From assembly GCA_025340205.1 (NCBI GenBank), contig CP006868.1:300001-332000 (forward strand): 32,000 bases of DNA. The letters are read 5' to 3'. A program made the translations under genes and the position numbers. This DNA is from Ignicoccus pacificus DSM 13166 (GTDB lineage: Archaea; Thermoproteota; Thermoprotei_A; Sulfolobales; Ignicoccaceae). Of the stretch, positions 1-8,596 are shown one piece after another. How positions within the stretch are numbered: position 1 is the first letter of the stretch; each line of letters begins with the position of its first letter. The notes beneath the pieces were generated by a model. The model saw only the letters and a list, made by a program, of their open reading frames with translations. It had not been told where the DNA came from and searched no databases.

Positions 1-371
1 CTGAAGCTCTCTGCTTTTTCCCACTTAAGGTTTAACGCCTCCTTTAGCTCACTGTCCTTGTCGTCTGCGACACAAACGATTGGACCTACTAAGGGAAAGT
101 CTACGTTCTTTTTCTTTCCACAGTAGTGTACTATTCCCCAAGCCTTTCCCTTTTCGACAGAGCGTTTGAGTAAGGAGAAAGTCTTCTCGTTTCCCTTCTT
201 CTCGGTTATACCCCAAACGAATAATCCTATCTTCTTTAAGGCTTCAATAGAAACATCAAAGTTCTTAGGATTTAAACTGCCTATGACATATACGTCCTCT
301 ATGCTTTGGGGATTGTAAGCTAGATTACACGTACCTTTATCCCTAACTAAATTTAGCGTCTCCCCATTCAT
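1..371 (-). CDS. hypothetical protein, 3' end truncated by window edge (MNGETLNLVRDKGTCNLAYNPQSIEDVYVIGSLNPKNFDVSIEALKKIGLFVWGITEKKG...)
   Basis: Hand translation: open frame from ATG at 371 to the window edge (about 123 codons) with a purine-rich GAGAGGGA directly upstream. Absent from the ORF track because it has no stop in the window. Confidence 0.7.
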   Translation of the reverse strand, partial: MNGETLNLVRDKGTCNLAYNPQSIEDVYVIGSLNPKNFDVSIEALKKIGLFVWGITEKKGNEKTFSLLKRSVEKGKAWGIVHYCGKKKNVDFPLVGPIVCVADDKDSELKEALNLKWEKAESF

Positions 372-938
372 TCCCTCTCTTGTTCATCTGCAATTTGAGG
401 GTGAAAAGAGCTTAATACGATATCTTTTGACGATAATAGTCAATCTAGACATATGACGAGTGCGTGGGGGATAGGAATCATAGGAGAGAAGAGAGCACGC
501 GAACTCACTAGAATTCACGAAAGATAAGTAGGTAATGTGTATGTCTGTATGCCTTGTAAGACGAAGACGTCAGCTTTACTTCGATCATTCCCACTACCTT
601 CTCGCTGTCGTTTAAATGGTCATTAGGAAACGTTAAATATTCATAACATTTTGTTCGACTATATGCGATTGGTTCTAGATTAGATCTGGCGTTAAGGTAG
701 ACTCGAAACCGTATGAAGAGGGATATTGATTTGATAGGTAGTCAGTAAACGAGAGAGAAGAGTCACCAAGGACGCTATCCTTCCCTTCTGCACTTAGATT
801 AAGTCCATTATTGGATATCGATGACTGGAGCGTGAGGATGCCCTCATCCATCATAACCTTTCTATGTTCTAATCCAAGAACTTCAGTCGTCTTCCATCAA
901 TATAAGTAAATATATACAGCTCTTGACTTCCGAGAGCG

Positions 939-2378
939 GTGGAAGTTGTGGAGTACAAGGATCCCGGAAAGCCCGTTCACAAGCTGATAGAGGAGCAAGC
1001 GAACAAGAATCCCGATAAGGTCGCCTTCGTCTACGAGGACGGAACCAAGCTAACCTACTCCGAGCTCGTGAAGAGATCAAAGGCCGTCGCTAACCTATTG
1101 AAGGAGAAGGGGGTGCAGAAGGGAGATACCGTGTTCCTCATAATGTTCAACAGGCCCGAGTTCGTGACCGGCTTACTAGGATCCCTTTACGCCGGAGCTA
1201 GGGTAGTCATTGCGGACGCTCTAACGCAGAAGGAGGACTTAGCCTTCCAGCTCGAGGACAGCAAGCCCAAGGTGGTCTTAGCTGACAGCGAAGTCTTGGA
1301 AAGGGAGAAGGAGACGCTCAAGGACTACCAAGTTCTAACCGAGGATGACCTAGCCAAGGCTCAAGGAGAGCACGAGGTAGAGGTAGATTACGAGGACGAC
1401 GCTAGGATATTCTACTATGCTGGAATAGCCGGCAGGACCATGCAAGTGATCCACTCTCACAGATCCTTCACCGGAGCGATAGTGCCCTTGGTACAAGCAG
1501 AGGGCATCGAGGAGAGCGATGTAAGCTTGGTGACCGTTCCCTTAACCCACGTCTTGGGATTGGACGCAGCCTTCCTCTCCGCCTTGGTGAGCGGTGGTAC
1601 TGCTTTACTCCTCAAGAAGTTTAACATGAACAAGATAAAGGAGCTAGCGAAGGAGCACAAGCCCACTTATATCGTAGCGGTTCCTTTGGTATACCAAACC
1701 ATGATGAAGGAGGATGAGGAGTTCGTGAAGGAGTTAGGGAAGAGCCTCAAGTGGTCCATGAGCGGGGGAGCTTACTTGCCTCCAGACGACCAGAAGAGGT
1801 GGGAGGAGCTAACCGGAAAGCCCTTGCTCCAAGTCTACGGAATGACAGAGGCCCCTCAGATCTTCGCGACCACCCCTCAGAAGCATAAGATAGGGAGCCT
1901 GGGCTTCCCATTACCCGGAGTGGAGGCCCTACTGGTAGATCCCGATACGCTAGAGATCAAGGAGGACCAAGGAGAGCTCCTCGTAAGAGGCCCTCAAGTG
2001 ATGAAGGGATATCCTGAGGAAGAGGAGAACAAGAAGGCCTTCGTTGAACTCCAAGGAAAGAGGTGGCTGAGGACGGGAGACATACTAGCTAAGGACGAGG
2101 AGGGCTTCTACTACTTTAGAGGAGTGAGGAAGAGGATGCTAAAGTACAAGGGATATCCCATATTCCCAAGGGACCTAGAGCTAATCTTGCAAAAGCATCC
2201 TTGTGTCGAGGAGGTAACTGTGGAAGGAGAGCCCGCTGGAGAGGTAGGTCAGATACCGGTAGCTAAGATAAAGCTGAAGGAGGAGTGTAAGGGTAAGGTA
2301 AGTGAGAAGGAGATAATGGACTTCGTGAATTCCAGGGTAGCTGCTTACAAGAAGGTTAGGAAGGTAGTGTTTTTGTAA
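939..2378 (+). CDS. AMP-binding / acyl-CoA synthetase-like protein with degenerate or missing catalytic motifs
   Basis: GTG start; motifs VYGMTEAPQI (A5), WLRTGDI (A7), RKRMLKYKGYPIFPRDLE (A8). Confidence 0.85.
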   Translation: MEVVEYKDPGKPVHKLIEEQANKNPDKVAFVYEDGTKLTYSELVKRSKAVANLLKEKGVQKGDTVFLIMFNRPEFVTGLLGSLYAGARVVIADALTQKEDLAFQLEDSKPKVVLADSEVLEREKETLKDYQVLTEDDLAKAQGEHEVEVDYEDDARIFYYAGIAGRTMQVIHSHRSFTGAIVPLVQAEGIEESDVSLVTVPLTHVLGLDAAFLSALVSGGTALLLKKFNMNKIKELAKEHKPTYIVAVPLVYQTMMKEDEEFVKELGKSLKWSMSGGAYLPPDDQKRWEELTGKPLLQVYGMTEAPQIFATTPQKHKIGSLGFPLPGVEALLVDPDTLEIKEDQGELLVRGPQVMKGYPEEEENKKAFVELQGKRWLRTGDILAKDEEGFYYFRGVRKRMLKYKGYPIFPRDLELILQKHPCVEEVTVEGEPAGEVGQIPVAKIKLKEECKGKVSEKEIMDFVNSRVAAYKKVRKVVFL

Positions 2379-2476
2379 ACAAATGCCTTCCATCAAGAGC
2401 TCATCCGAGGAACGAGTTCATTTTCGTCCTCCCCTCTTCCCTTTTAATCTTTCAATTGTATCAACGGTAGGATAGC

Positions 2477-2920
2477 ATGACTTTAGCGGATCAATTAGCG
2501 GATGAAATAGCTCAAGGAAAAGGAAAGAGATTGGTTAAAGCTATAGTGAACGAAATAGCCTTGGATCCAGAGCTTAAGGCAATAGTGATCAAGGAGGTAG
2601 CTGGGAACTTAGCTACTAAGGAGGACATAAAAGAGCTTGAGGATAAGATGGATAAGAAGTTTGAAGAAATGAGAAGGTATGTGGATGAGAAGATTGAAGG
2701 AGTTAGAAGGGAGTTCAAGGAAGAAATGGAGAGCTTGAGAGCAGAGTTCAGAGAAGAGATTAGGGAGGTGAGAGGCGAAATTAATGAGCTTAGAAGGGAA
2801 ATCAACGAGCTCAGAAACCAGTTCAATACCATGCTCAAGTGGATGATAGGGCTAATGGCTTCCATGTGGATAAGCATAGTAATAGGGATAATTGTAGCTT
2901 TGATAAAGATGGGAGGGTAA
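2477..2920 (+). CDS. coiled-coil protein with C-terminal transmembrane helix
   Basis: Heptad-like Glu/Lys/Arg-rich region (TKEDIKELEDKMDKKFEEM...) followed by hydrophobic MIGLMASMWISIVIGIIVALI. Confidence 0.75.
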   Translation: MTLADQLADEIAQGKGKRLVKAIVNEIALDPELKAIVIKEVAGNLATKEDIKELEDKMDKKFEEMRRYVDEKIEGVRREFKEEMESLRAEFREEIREVRGEINELRREINELRNQFNTMLKWMIGLMASMWISIVIGIIVALIKMGG

Positions 2921-3038
2921 AAAGATAGATTTTGTGAGTATGTAAGAGAACCTCGATGCCCCTGATATTCGCTATTTTGTTCAATTCTCTGAACCAGCTT
3001 AAATAGCGTGTGATATTCCTACTGTCTGGCAGGAGAAT

Positions 3039-3731
3039 TTGAGGTACTTCGGCGAGCTCACCCCCGGCTTGAAGGTCAGTGAAGGAAGGTGGAAGGTGGA
3101 GCTGAAGTGCTACGGTAACAACTGCTACTACACCCGCTCAGATGAAGAGGGGGTTAAGGCAGAGAGAATTCTAGGCCCCTTCTCTAGGCCTCTGTTAAGG
3201 CCGACCATCTACGGGGGAGAGCTCGCCTACTACTTGTATATACACTTCAGAAGGCCGATAACTCTAATCTCTTACTCTTCTTTAAACTTCATGATAGGTA
3301 TACCAATAGATGTCGAAGTGGTAATGGAGGCACAAGACGAGTACGGGAGGACTAGGAGCTATTTGATAGACATAATAGAACTAGGAGACGTCTACTACGC
3401 CCTTTACGGAAAGCCTGAGCGAGGAGTGCTCTGCAGATATCACAAAGCCAAATTGGGAACTTGGAACTGGATAAAGGAAGCTCAGTTCAGGATACAGATA
3501 GTAAATCAGACGGATAAGACGATTACCATGAACAGACTGGTGTTCCCTACCCTCCTTCCAGACGTTTACTACAAGCCCTCAAGTCACAGGGTATGGGTCT
3601 CCCCGATAATAGCTCTGATAGAGGGGAACACCGCCCTAATTCAGAAGAGCGATGAAAAGCCCCCTCAAGGCTTCGTTAAGAACCCTCAGACTGGGAAGCT
3701 CCAGAAGTGGACGATGATCTTCGGTCTATGA
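3039..3731 (+). CDS. DUF432-like protein
   Basis: TTG start; the motif DIIELGDVYYALYGKPERGVLCRYHKAKL resembles the YTLYGxPRxGVIC(R/K)Y signature of DUF432, and the gene lies next to mscS. Confidence 0.65.
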   Translation: MRYFGELTPGLKVSEGRWKVELKCYGNNCYYTRSDEEGVKAERILGPFSRPLLRPTIYGGELAYYLYIHFRRPITLISYSSLNFMIGIPIDVEVVMEAQDEYGRTRSYLIDIIELGDVYYALYGKPERGVLCRYHKAKLGTWNWIKEAQFRIQIVNQTDKTITMNRLVFPTLLPDVYYKPSSHRVWVSPIIALIEGNTALIQKSDEKPPQGFVKNPQTGKLQKWTMIFGL

Positions 3732-4494
3732 CCGTTATGGTGGTGTAAGGTATGTCCACTCCCTCTGACACCAGTTTCTCATATATCTTCATCCTTATCT
3801 CCTTGTAAACCTCGTACCACTTCTTGGTAGGCACCCAAGCGTTTATCCTTATTATGATAGCGCTGTCGCCGAAGTCCTTGACGAAGACCTCTGGTTCCGG
3901 AACCTTAAGTATGTACTTTTCCTTATCCAAGAACCTCTTTAGAGCTTCCACGGCCCTCTTAACCTTGTCCAAGTCGTAGGGGACGCCGACCTCCACCTCA
4001 AGCCTTCTAACTAGCGGTCCACTTTGGTTTATTATCACGCTCTCGAAGAACTTGGAGTTAGGTATTCTAGCGAGCTCCCCGTTCCACAGTCTCACGGTGG
4101 TGGAGAGTATGGAGATTGATTTTACCACGCCTCCAACTCCAGAATCCTTTATTATAACTAAGTCTCCTATTTTCACAGGTTTTTCCATTAGAAGGAATAT
4201 TCCAGATATGGCGTTTGAAATTGTAGTTTGAGCTGCGAAGGATATGGCCAAGGTGATGAATCCGCCCGCCACCAGCAAACTGCTTATTGAAATTCCGAAG
4301 GCCGTTAGTATAAGAGCGAATCCTATGAGATAGAGTACGGCAGCGCTCACCCACTGAACCATGAACATTACGTCCTCTGAGGTCACGTACCTAGCTAGAA
4401 CTTCCACCACTTTCTTATGCAAGTACGTCCTCGTGAGTACAATTATTGCTATTCCTATTACCAAGTCCAAAAATGCAAATGGGGTAAGCGGCAA
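3676..4494 (-). CDS. MscS-family small-conductance mechanosensitive channel
   Basis: Transmembrane segments then GGFITLAISFAAQTTISNAISGIFLLMEKPVKIGDLVII and LWNGELARIPNSKFFESVIINQS (MscS beta domain). Start reassigned to TTG at 4494; the track start at 4683 would put an atypical antisense N-terminus inside the 4553+ gene. Confidence 0.85.
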   Translation of the reverse strand: MPLTPFAFLDLVIGIAIIVLTRTYLHKKVVEVLARYVTSEDVMFMVQWVSAAVLYLIGFALILTAFGISISSLLVAGGFITLAISFAAQTTISNAISGIFLLMEKPVKIGDLVIIKDSGVGGVVKSISILSTTVRLWNGELARIPNSKFFESVIINQSGPLVRRLEVEVGVPYDLDKVKRAVEALKRFLDKEKYILKVPEPEVFVKDFGDSAIIIRINAWVPTKKWYEVYKEIRMKIYEKLVSEGVDIPYTTITVIDRRSSSTSGASQSEGS

Positions 4495-4552
4495 CTCCTT
4501 TCCCGACTTTCCAAAATACCTCCTCTTGAAATAAGGAGCGCGGAAGGGAGAG

Positions 4553-5389
4553 ATGGGAGTTACCTTTCGGAACTGTGCCGGAGGGGTAAGCGTAAGCGTA
4601 GATAAAGGAGTAATAGTCGAGGAAGAGCAAAGTGAGATCATTGACTGCAAGGGCATGGAGATAAGGCCTCTCAGCTGCACCATAGCGCTGAGGGTAGGAA
4701 GAGATCTGGAGGAAATGATGGAAAATCCTTACCCCTCCAAGGAGTTCTTAGATTCCTTGGCCCTAGGAGGGGTCGGAATAGCCATAGTTCCAAAAGGGAG
4801 GAGCGACTTCTTGGAAACTAAGGAGGAGAGCTTCATCTTAGATCCAATGCTGCCTCCCGAGGAGATACCGGAGGGGAAGGCAATAATCCAAAGATCATTG
4901 ACTCCGGAGAGCTCTTTTGGCTACAAAGAGAGGTACGGGGAGTGGCCCATAAAGCACCTAGGCGATAAAATAAAGAATAAGATAATTCTCAATCCATTCT
5001 GGGTAACCACGTGGGAGATCAAGCTCATAGATATCCCAGCCTTCATACCGGAATTAGGTCCTCTGTGGGGCATATCGAGCCCCATTCCTCCGGAGCTGAG
5101 GAAGGCTGTATACTCTCCAATAAGGCCCTTCGAGGGACCTCACGAAGCGGCTAGAATAGCGGAGTTGCTCATGAGGAGTCACTACTGGTCTAAGCACCTT
5201 AAGGTAGAACACTTGGATGAGGCTTGTTGGAAGTTCGCCGGAGAGAAGCCCCCTCGTTTGAAGGCAGGGGAAAAGGCCAGATTTTGGATAGGTCACAAAT
5301 GGGTTAAGTACTATATAAATGGAAAGGTCTTCTTCCCAGACGAGCTCGAGGAGCTAGCACTTACCCTTTCTCAGCTTGAGCTCCCTTAA
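4553..5389 (+). CDS. conserved hypothetical protein
   Basis: 278 aa ORF with ATG start and protein-like composition; no family recognised. Confidence 0.65.
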   Translation: MGVTFRNCAGGVSVSVDKGVIVEEEQSEIIDCKGMEIRPLSCTIALRVGRDLEEMMENPYPSKEFLDSLALGGVGIAIVPKGRSDFLETKEESFILDPMLPPEEIPEGKAIIQRSLTPESSFGYKERYGEWPIKHLGDKIKNKIILNPFWVTTWEIKLIDIPAFIPELGPLWGISSPIPPELRKAVYSPIRPFEGPHEAARIAELLMRSHYWSKHLKVEHLDEACWKFAGEKPPRLKAGEKARFWIGHKWVKYYINGKVFFPDELEELALTLSQLELP

Positions 5390-5794
5390 TTTTTCCATGA
5401 CTTCATCGATGTATCTTTCCACTTCTTCCCTCCTTATACCCTTCCTATCTAGCTCATCAAATATTATCTCCATTACCTTCGCGTATTTCTTGTACTCTTC
5501 GTTAAGCTTTCTCCAAGGGATGCCCTTGAGAGCTTGGGAGAGCCTTTCGTCGAAGGGAAGGACTCCCTTGAGCATTAAAACGGCTATTATAGGATAGCCC
5601 ACGTAGTTTCGATAATGCGTTCCGTTGTCAGTGCTGTAAGCTACTCTCCTTTCTAAATCAACGCAGACGTCGTACTCCCTATCGCCCTCGCTTGAGACCA
5701 CCTTAGCTTTACCGTTTAGGACCTTGACTCTCCCATCAGCTATCGCTCCTAGAGCTTCCAAAACCTTTATCCTAGGAGGTCTGTGAAGGTACAT
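5354..5794 (-). CDS. SWIM-like domain protein with the zinc ligands apparently lost
   Basis: RVKVLNGKAKVVSSEGDREYDVCVDLERRVAYSTDNGTHYRNYVGYPIIAVLMLKG follows the SWIM pattern (V.SS..eY.V....CxC....G.pCKHi.AvLl) but lacks the CxC and CxH residues. Confidence 0.45.
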   Translation of the reverse strand: MYLHRPPRIKVLEALGAIADGRVKVLNGKAKVVSSEGDREYDVCVDLERRVAYSTDNGTHYRNYVGYPIIAVLMLKGVLPFDERLSQALKGIPWRKLNEEYKKYAKVMEIIFDELDRKGIRREEVERYIDEVMEKLRELKLRKGKC

Positions 5795-5811
5795 GATCTA
5801 CCACCAAAAAC

Positions 5812-7056
5812 TCACCACTCTACCGAGGTGCTCTCGCTCTTCCCTCCTCCCCTTCCCATCGCAGCTGTAACTGCGAACGCTATTATGAGGCCTATGATTA
5901 GCGCGGCAGCTGCCATCACGTAGTTGGTTGTCTCCTTGACCAGTGTAGTAGTCACGGTGCTATAGAAGGTCCTTATCAATGTGGTGGTTACGGTGGCAGT
6001 CACGGTCTGAACGCTGGTTAAGGTAGTTGTCACGAAGCTAGTCACGGTCTGTGTTACCGTAGTAGTCACGGTGCTGTACAGAGTGGTGCTAAAGGTGCTG
6101 GTTATGGTACTTATTATAGTTTGAATGATTACCCTGGTAGTGGTTAAGGTGGTGGTATTGGTAATCGTAGTAGTCACAGTCTGGGTCAGGGTCTTGTAGA
6201 CGGTAGTGGTGTTTGTGACCGTTTGAGTTACGGTAGTAGTCACAGTCTGAGTCACGTTGTGAGTTACGGTGGTAGTGGTAGTTACGGTCTTGTAGATCAC
6301 CTCCTTCTTAGGATACTTAGCCGGGAGCTCTCCCGCTAGGTAAAGCAGTACGTTCTTCATGAGAGCTTGGACGTTAGGATCTTGGGCGATGGTGTTGAAT
6401 ATGCCCTTCCAAGACATTATTATCATTTCGTCGCTCCACTTGGTCACCCTTATCGCTACGCAGTACTTACCGTTGGCTCCCACGCTCGAGGGAGCTATGA
6501 CGTCCAATACCACCGGCACCAGACAGCACCCTCCGGGTAGAGCATTAACTCCCTTGAAGATTGGGTGAAGTGCTTGGTTGATGTTTATTCTAGTCACGTT
6601 GTTGCACTTGCCAGTAAAGGGAGCGAATCCGAGCTTGGTTAAGACTATGCTTCCTATGTAGTCGCCCGTGGTGGGGGAGCCTATGTAAGGACTCGCTATA
6701 ATCGCCACCCTCATTCCGGCCTTTATCGCCGGGATGATTACGTTGTTGACGTAGGCCTCAGCTATTTCCCTGTCCTTGTAAGGGTTGCCGGTAGTGGCAT
6801 TGTTGTCGAAGACAAGCAGTATTCCGGTGAAGTTCTGAGGATTGGGAGGGGCAGTCAAGGTAAGTCCGAACTGAGGGGGTCTGGTAATGATCTTGCTCCA
6901 GGTGCTGTTCTGTTTCCAGAGCATGTTGACGAATGCGGAGATCGCAGAGTACGCGACTGAGTTATCTTGAGTGTTGGAGGATATCACCCTCACGTCGACC
7001 TTTCCTGCGTGAACCAGTATCAGAGCGAGAGCGATGAGTGCCAGAGCCCTCTTCAA
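5812..7056 (-). CDS. secreted, membrane-anchored surface protein with Thr-rich stalk
   Basis: N-terminal signal-like MKRALALIALALILVHA, long (T/V)-rich repeat tract TVTQTVTTTVT..., C-terminal TM VMAAAALIIGLIIAFAVTAAMG. Confidence 0.85.
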   Translation of the reverse strand: MKRALALIALALILVHAGKVDVRVISSNTQDNSVAYSAISAFVNMLWKQNSTWSKIITRPPQFGLTLTAPPNPQNFTGILLVFDNNATTGNPYKDREIAEAYVNNVIIPAIKAGMRVAIIASPYIGSPTTGDYIGSIVLTKLGFAPFTGKCNNVTRININQALHPIFKGVNALPGGCCLVPVVLDVIAPSSVGANGKYCVAIRVTKWSDEMIIMSWKGIFNTIAQDPNVQALMKNVLLYLAGELPAKYPKKEVIYKTVTTTTTVTHNVTQTVTTTVTQTVTNTTTVYKTLTQTVTTTITNTTTLTTTRVIIQTIISTITSTFSTTLYSTVTTTVTQTVTSFVTTTLTSVQTVTATVTTTLIRTFYSTVTTTLVKETTNYVMAAAALIIGLIIAFAVTAAMGRGGGKSESTSVEW

Positions 7057-7116
7057 CGTGCCACCCGGGTGTTACCTAGGGTCTTCCGCTTTTAACGGAG
7101 GGAACCCTCTTCTCAT

Positions 7117-7449
7117 TCAGCCGATCCTAACGACCTTGCCCGAAACCCTTTTGACTTTCTCACATTCAGACATGGTATAGGCGTGAACCTCAAACGGGTA
7201 GTCCCATGGAACATCATAAACGTCCATAGCTCTCAGTATTACCTTCTTCTTTGCCCTCCTGACGTCAATCCCTTCAGGGAAACAAATGAGTATGTCCACG
7301 TCGCTCGTTACCGTGTGCCTCCCCTCAGCCACGCTTCCGATGACATACACCTCAGACTCGGGGTACAAGTCCCGAGCGGCTTTGAAGAACTTCTCAGCCA
7401 CTTCCCTCCACCTCTTCAAGTGTTCGACATGATACCTAATCCAAGACAT
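7117..7449 (-). CDS. minimal nucleotidyltransferase (MNT) of HEPN/MNT toxin-antitoxin type
   Basis: GSVAEGRHTVTSDVDILI matches the GSxAxG...SDxDxxI signature. Start moved to ATG at 7449 (MSWIRYHVEHL). Confidence 0.85.
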   Translation of the reverse strand: MSWIRYHVEHLKRWREVAEKFFKAARDLYPESEVYVIGSVAEGRHTVTSDVDILICFPEGIDVRRAKKKVILRAMDVYDVPWDYPFEVHAYTMSECEKVKRVSGKVVRIG

Positions 7450-7853
7450 CTTTCTCGACCTCCTCCAATACATTGAAGAGTTCCTCAACGGCTTTCGTCA
7501 TTCTCCTCAAGTCCGTTCTGAGAGGTTCCCAAAGCTCGTACCTAGCTTCGGTATAGGCGTCTTCTAAACCCAGCAGCTCTTCTTTATAAGATGTTACATA
7601 CTTGATGAGCTTCTCAGCTTCTTCTACGAACCCTCCTTCCTTGAGTCCTCTTACGAGAAAGCCTATGAGCTCTCTTAGGCCGTGAACCTTAGGCACGGTA
7701 CCAAGCAACCTCAATATAGAGGATTTCAGTCTCAATTTGGGCTGCTTGCTCCAAGTGAAACGACGCTAGGTCGCTTCTTTTCCCTTCCACAGCCAACTCT
7801 AGGAACGTGCGGAGTCGTTCCTTTAGAACCCTAGCCTTCAAGGATTCGTCCAA
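7436..7853 (-). pseudogene. HEPN-domain protein interrupted by a frameshift
   Basis: Upstream frame LDESLKARVLKERLRTFLELAVEGKRSDLASFHLEQAAQ joins, after removal of one A from AAA (7736-7738), to LRLKSSILRLLGTVPKVHGLRELIGFL...YTEARY (track ORF 7436..7735). Confidence 0.75.
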
Positions 7854-7900
7854 CCTCTTCCCCCTAGCAAGATAAAGTATCTTCCTCGGCGTTTTGAGAG

Positions 7901-8596
7901 GTGACGAAGCTGGAGGTCTACGTAGGCACCTCCGGCTGGAGCTACGACTGGAATCCCGACGGCTTGGAATGGTATGCTAAGAACTCCGGCCTTAACGCGG
8001 TCGAACTCAACGCGAGCTTCTATCGCTTCCCTTTTAAGAACATGATAAGGTCTTGGAGCAAGAAAGGAAGGGGACTCAGATGGGCGGTGAAGGTTCACAG
8101 GTCCATAACTCACGTTCACAGGTTGAACGAGAGGAGCTATCAAGCAATGGAGAAGTTCTTGAAGCTCTTCGAACCCATGAGGGAACTCATTGACTTTTAC
8201 TTGGTACAGCTACCTCCTACGTTCCTCAGGAAGAAGGATAATGAAGAAAGGGTCGAGAAGTTCTGCAAGAGGTTTAACGTACCCTTGGCCTTTGAGTTCA
8301 GACATGAAAATTGGTATAATACACCCTTTCTCCTAGATCTTCCAAACTACTACTTGGTTTCGATAGATTCTCCGATAGGTACTTGGATTATTGAAAGTAA
8401 GGACGTCATCTACCTAAGGCTTCATGGGAGAAGATTTTGGTATGCACACGAATATAGTGAGGAGGAGCTGGAGGAGCTCGCGAAAGCTATCTTAAGACAA
8501 GGACCGAAGAAGATCTACGCCTTCTTCAACAATGACCACTGGATGCTCGAAAACGCTAGGTTATTCATGAGGATGCTAAAGGAGTACGCGATCTAG
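7901..8596 (+). CDS. DUF72 (YecE-like) family protein
   Basis: GTG start; VYVGTSGWSYDWNPDGLEWYAKNSGLNAVELNASFYRFP, LAFEFRHENWYN, YLRLHGRRFWYAHEYSEEEL, YAFFNND. Confidence 0.92.
   Translation: MTKLEVYVGTSGWSYDWNPDGLEWYAKNSGLNAVELNASFYRFPFKNMIRSWSKKGRGLRWAVKVHRSITHVHRLNERSYQAMEKFLKLFEPMRELIDFYLVQLPPTFLRKKDNEERVEKFCKRFNVPLAFEFRHENWYNTPFLLDLPNYYLVSIDSPIGTWIIESKDVIYLRLHGRRFWYAHEYSEEELEELAKAILRQGPKKIYAFFNNDHWMLENARLFMRMLKEYAI

Noticed and set aside
513-740. Roughly 75-codon open stretch on the minus strand (…RFRVYLNARSNLEPIAYSRTKCYEYLTFPNDHLNDSEKVVGMIEVKLTSSSYKAY…)
   Set aside because: No good upstream start or recognisable domain; an open stretch this short can occur by chance. It could be a gene fragment but is not supportable.
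2379-2476. Possible frameshift hiding the missing C-terminal lysine motif of the acyl-CoA synthetase-like gene
   Set aside because: No PKTxxGKxxR-like sequence was seen downstream in the frames I inspected, so the truncation appears real rather than a simple frameshift.
4494-4683. N-terminal extension of the MscS ORF (MVQLRGLISMPLQSMISLCSSSTITPL...)
   Set aside because: Low-complexity antisense translation of the start of the 4553+ gene; channel homology begins around PLTPFAFLDLVIG, so a TTG start at 4494 is preferred.
5950-6300. Repetitive GTAGTCACGGT-like DNA considered as a CRISPR or satellite array
   Set aside because: The repeats are irregular and fully explained by Thr/Val codons of the stalk region; there are no fixed-length spacers.
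6359-6568. ORF track entries lying antisense inside known genes (e.g. 6359..6568, 9335..9643, 15938..16156, 22120..22374, 27882..28487)
   Set aside because: They mirror strong coding sequence on the other strand and their translations are compositionally atypical (Ser/Pro/Leu-rich) with no motifs.
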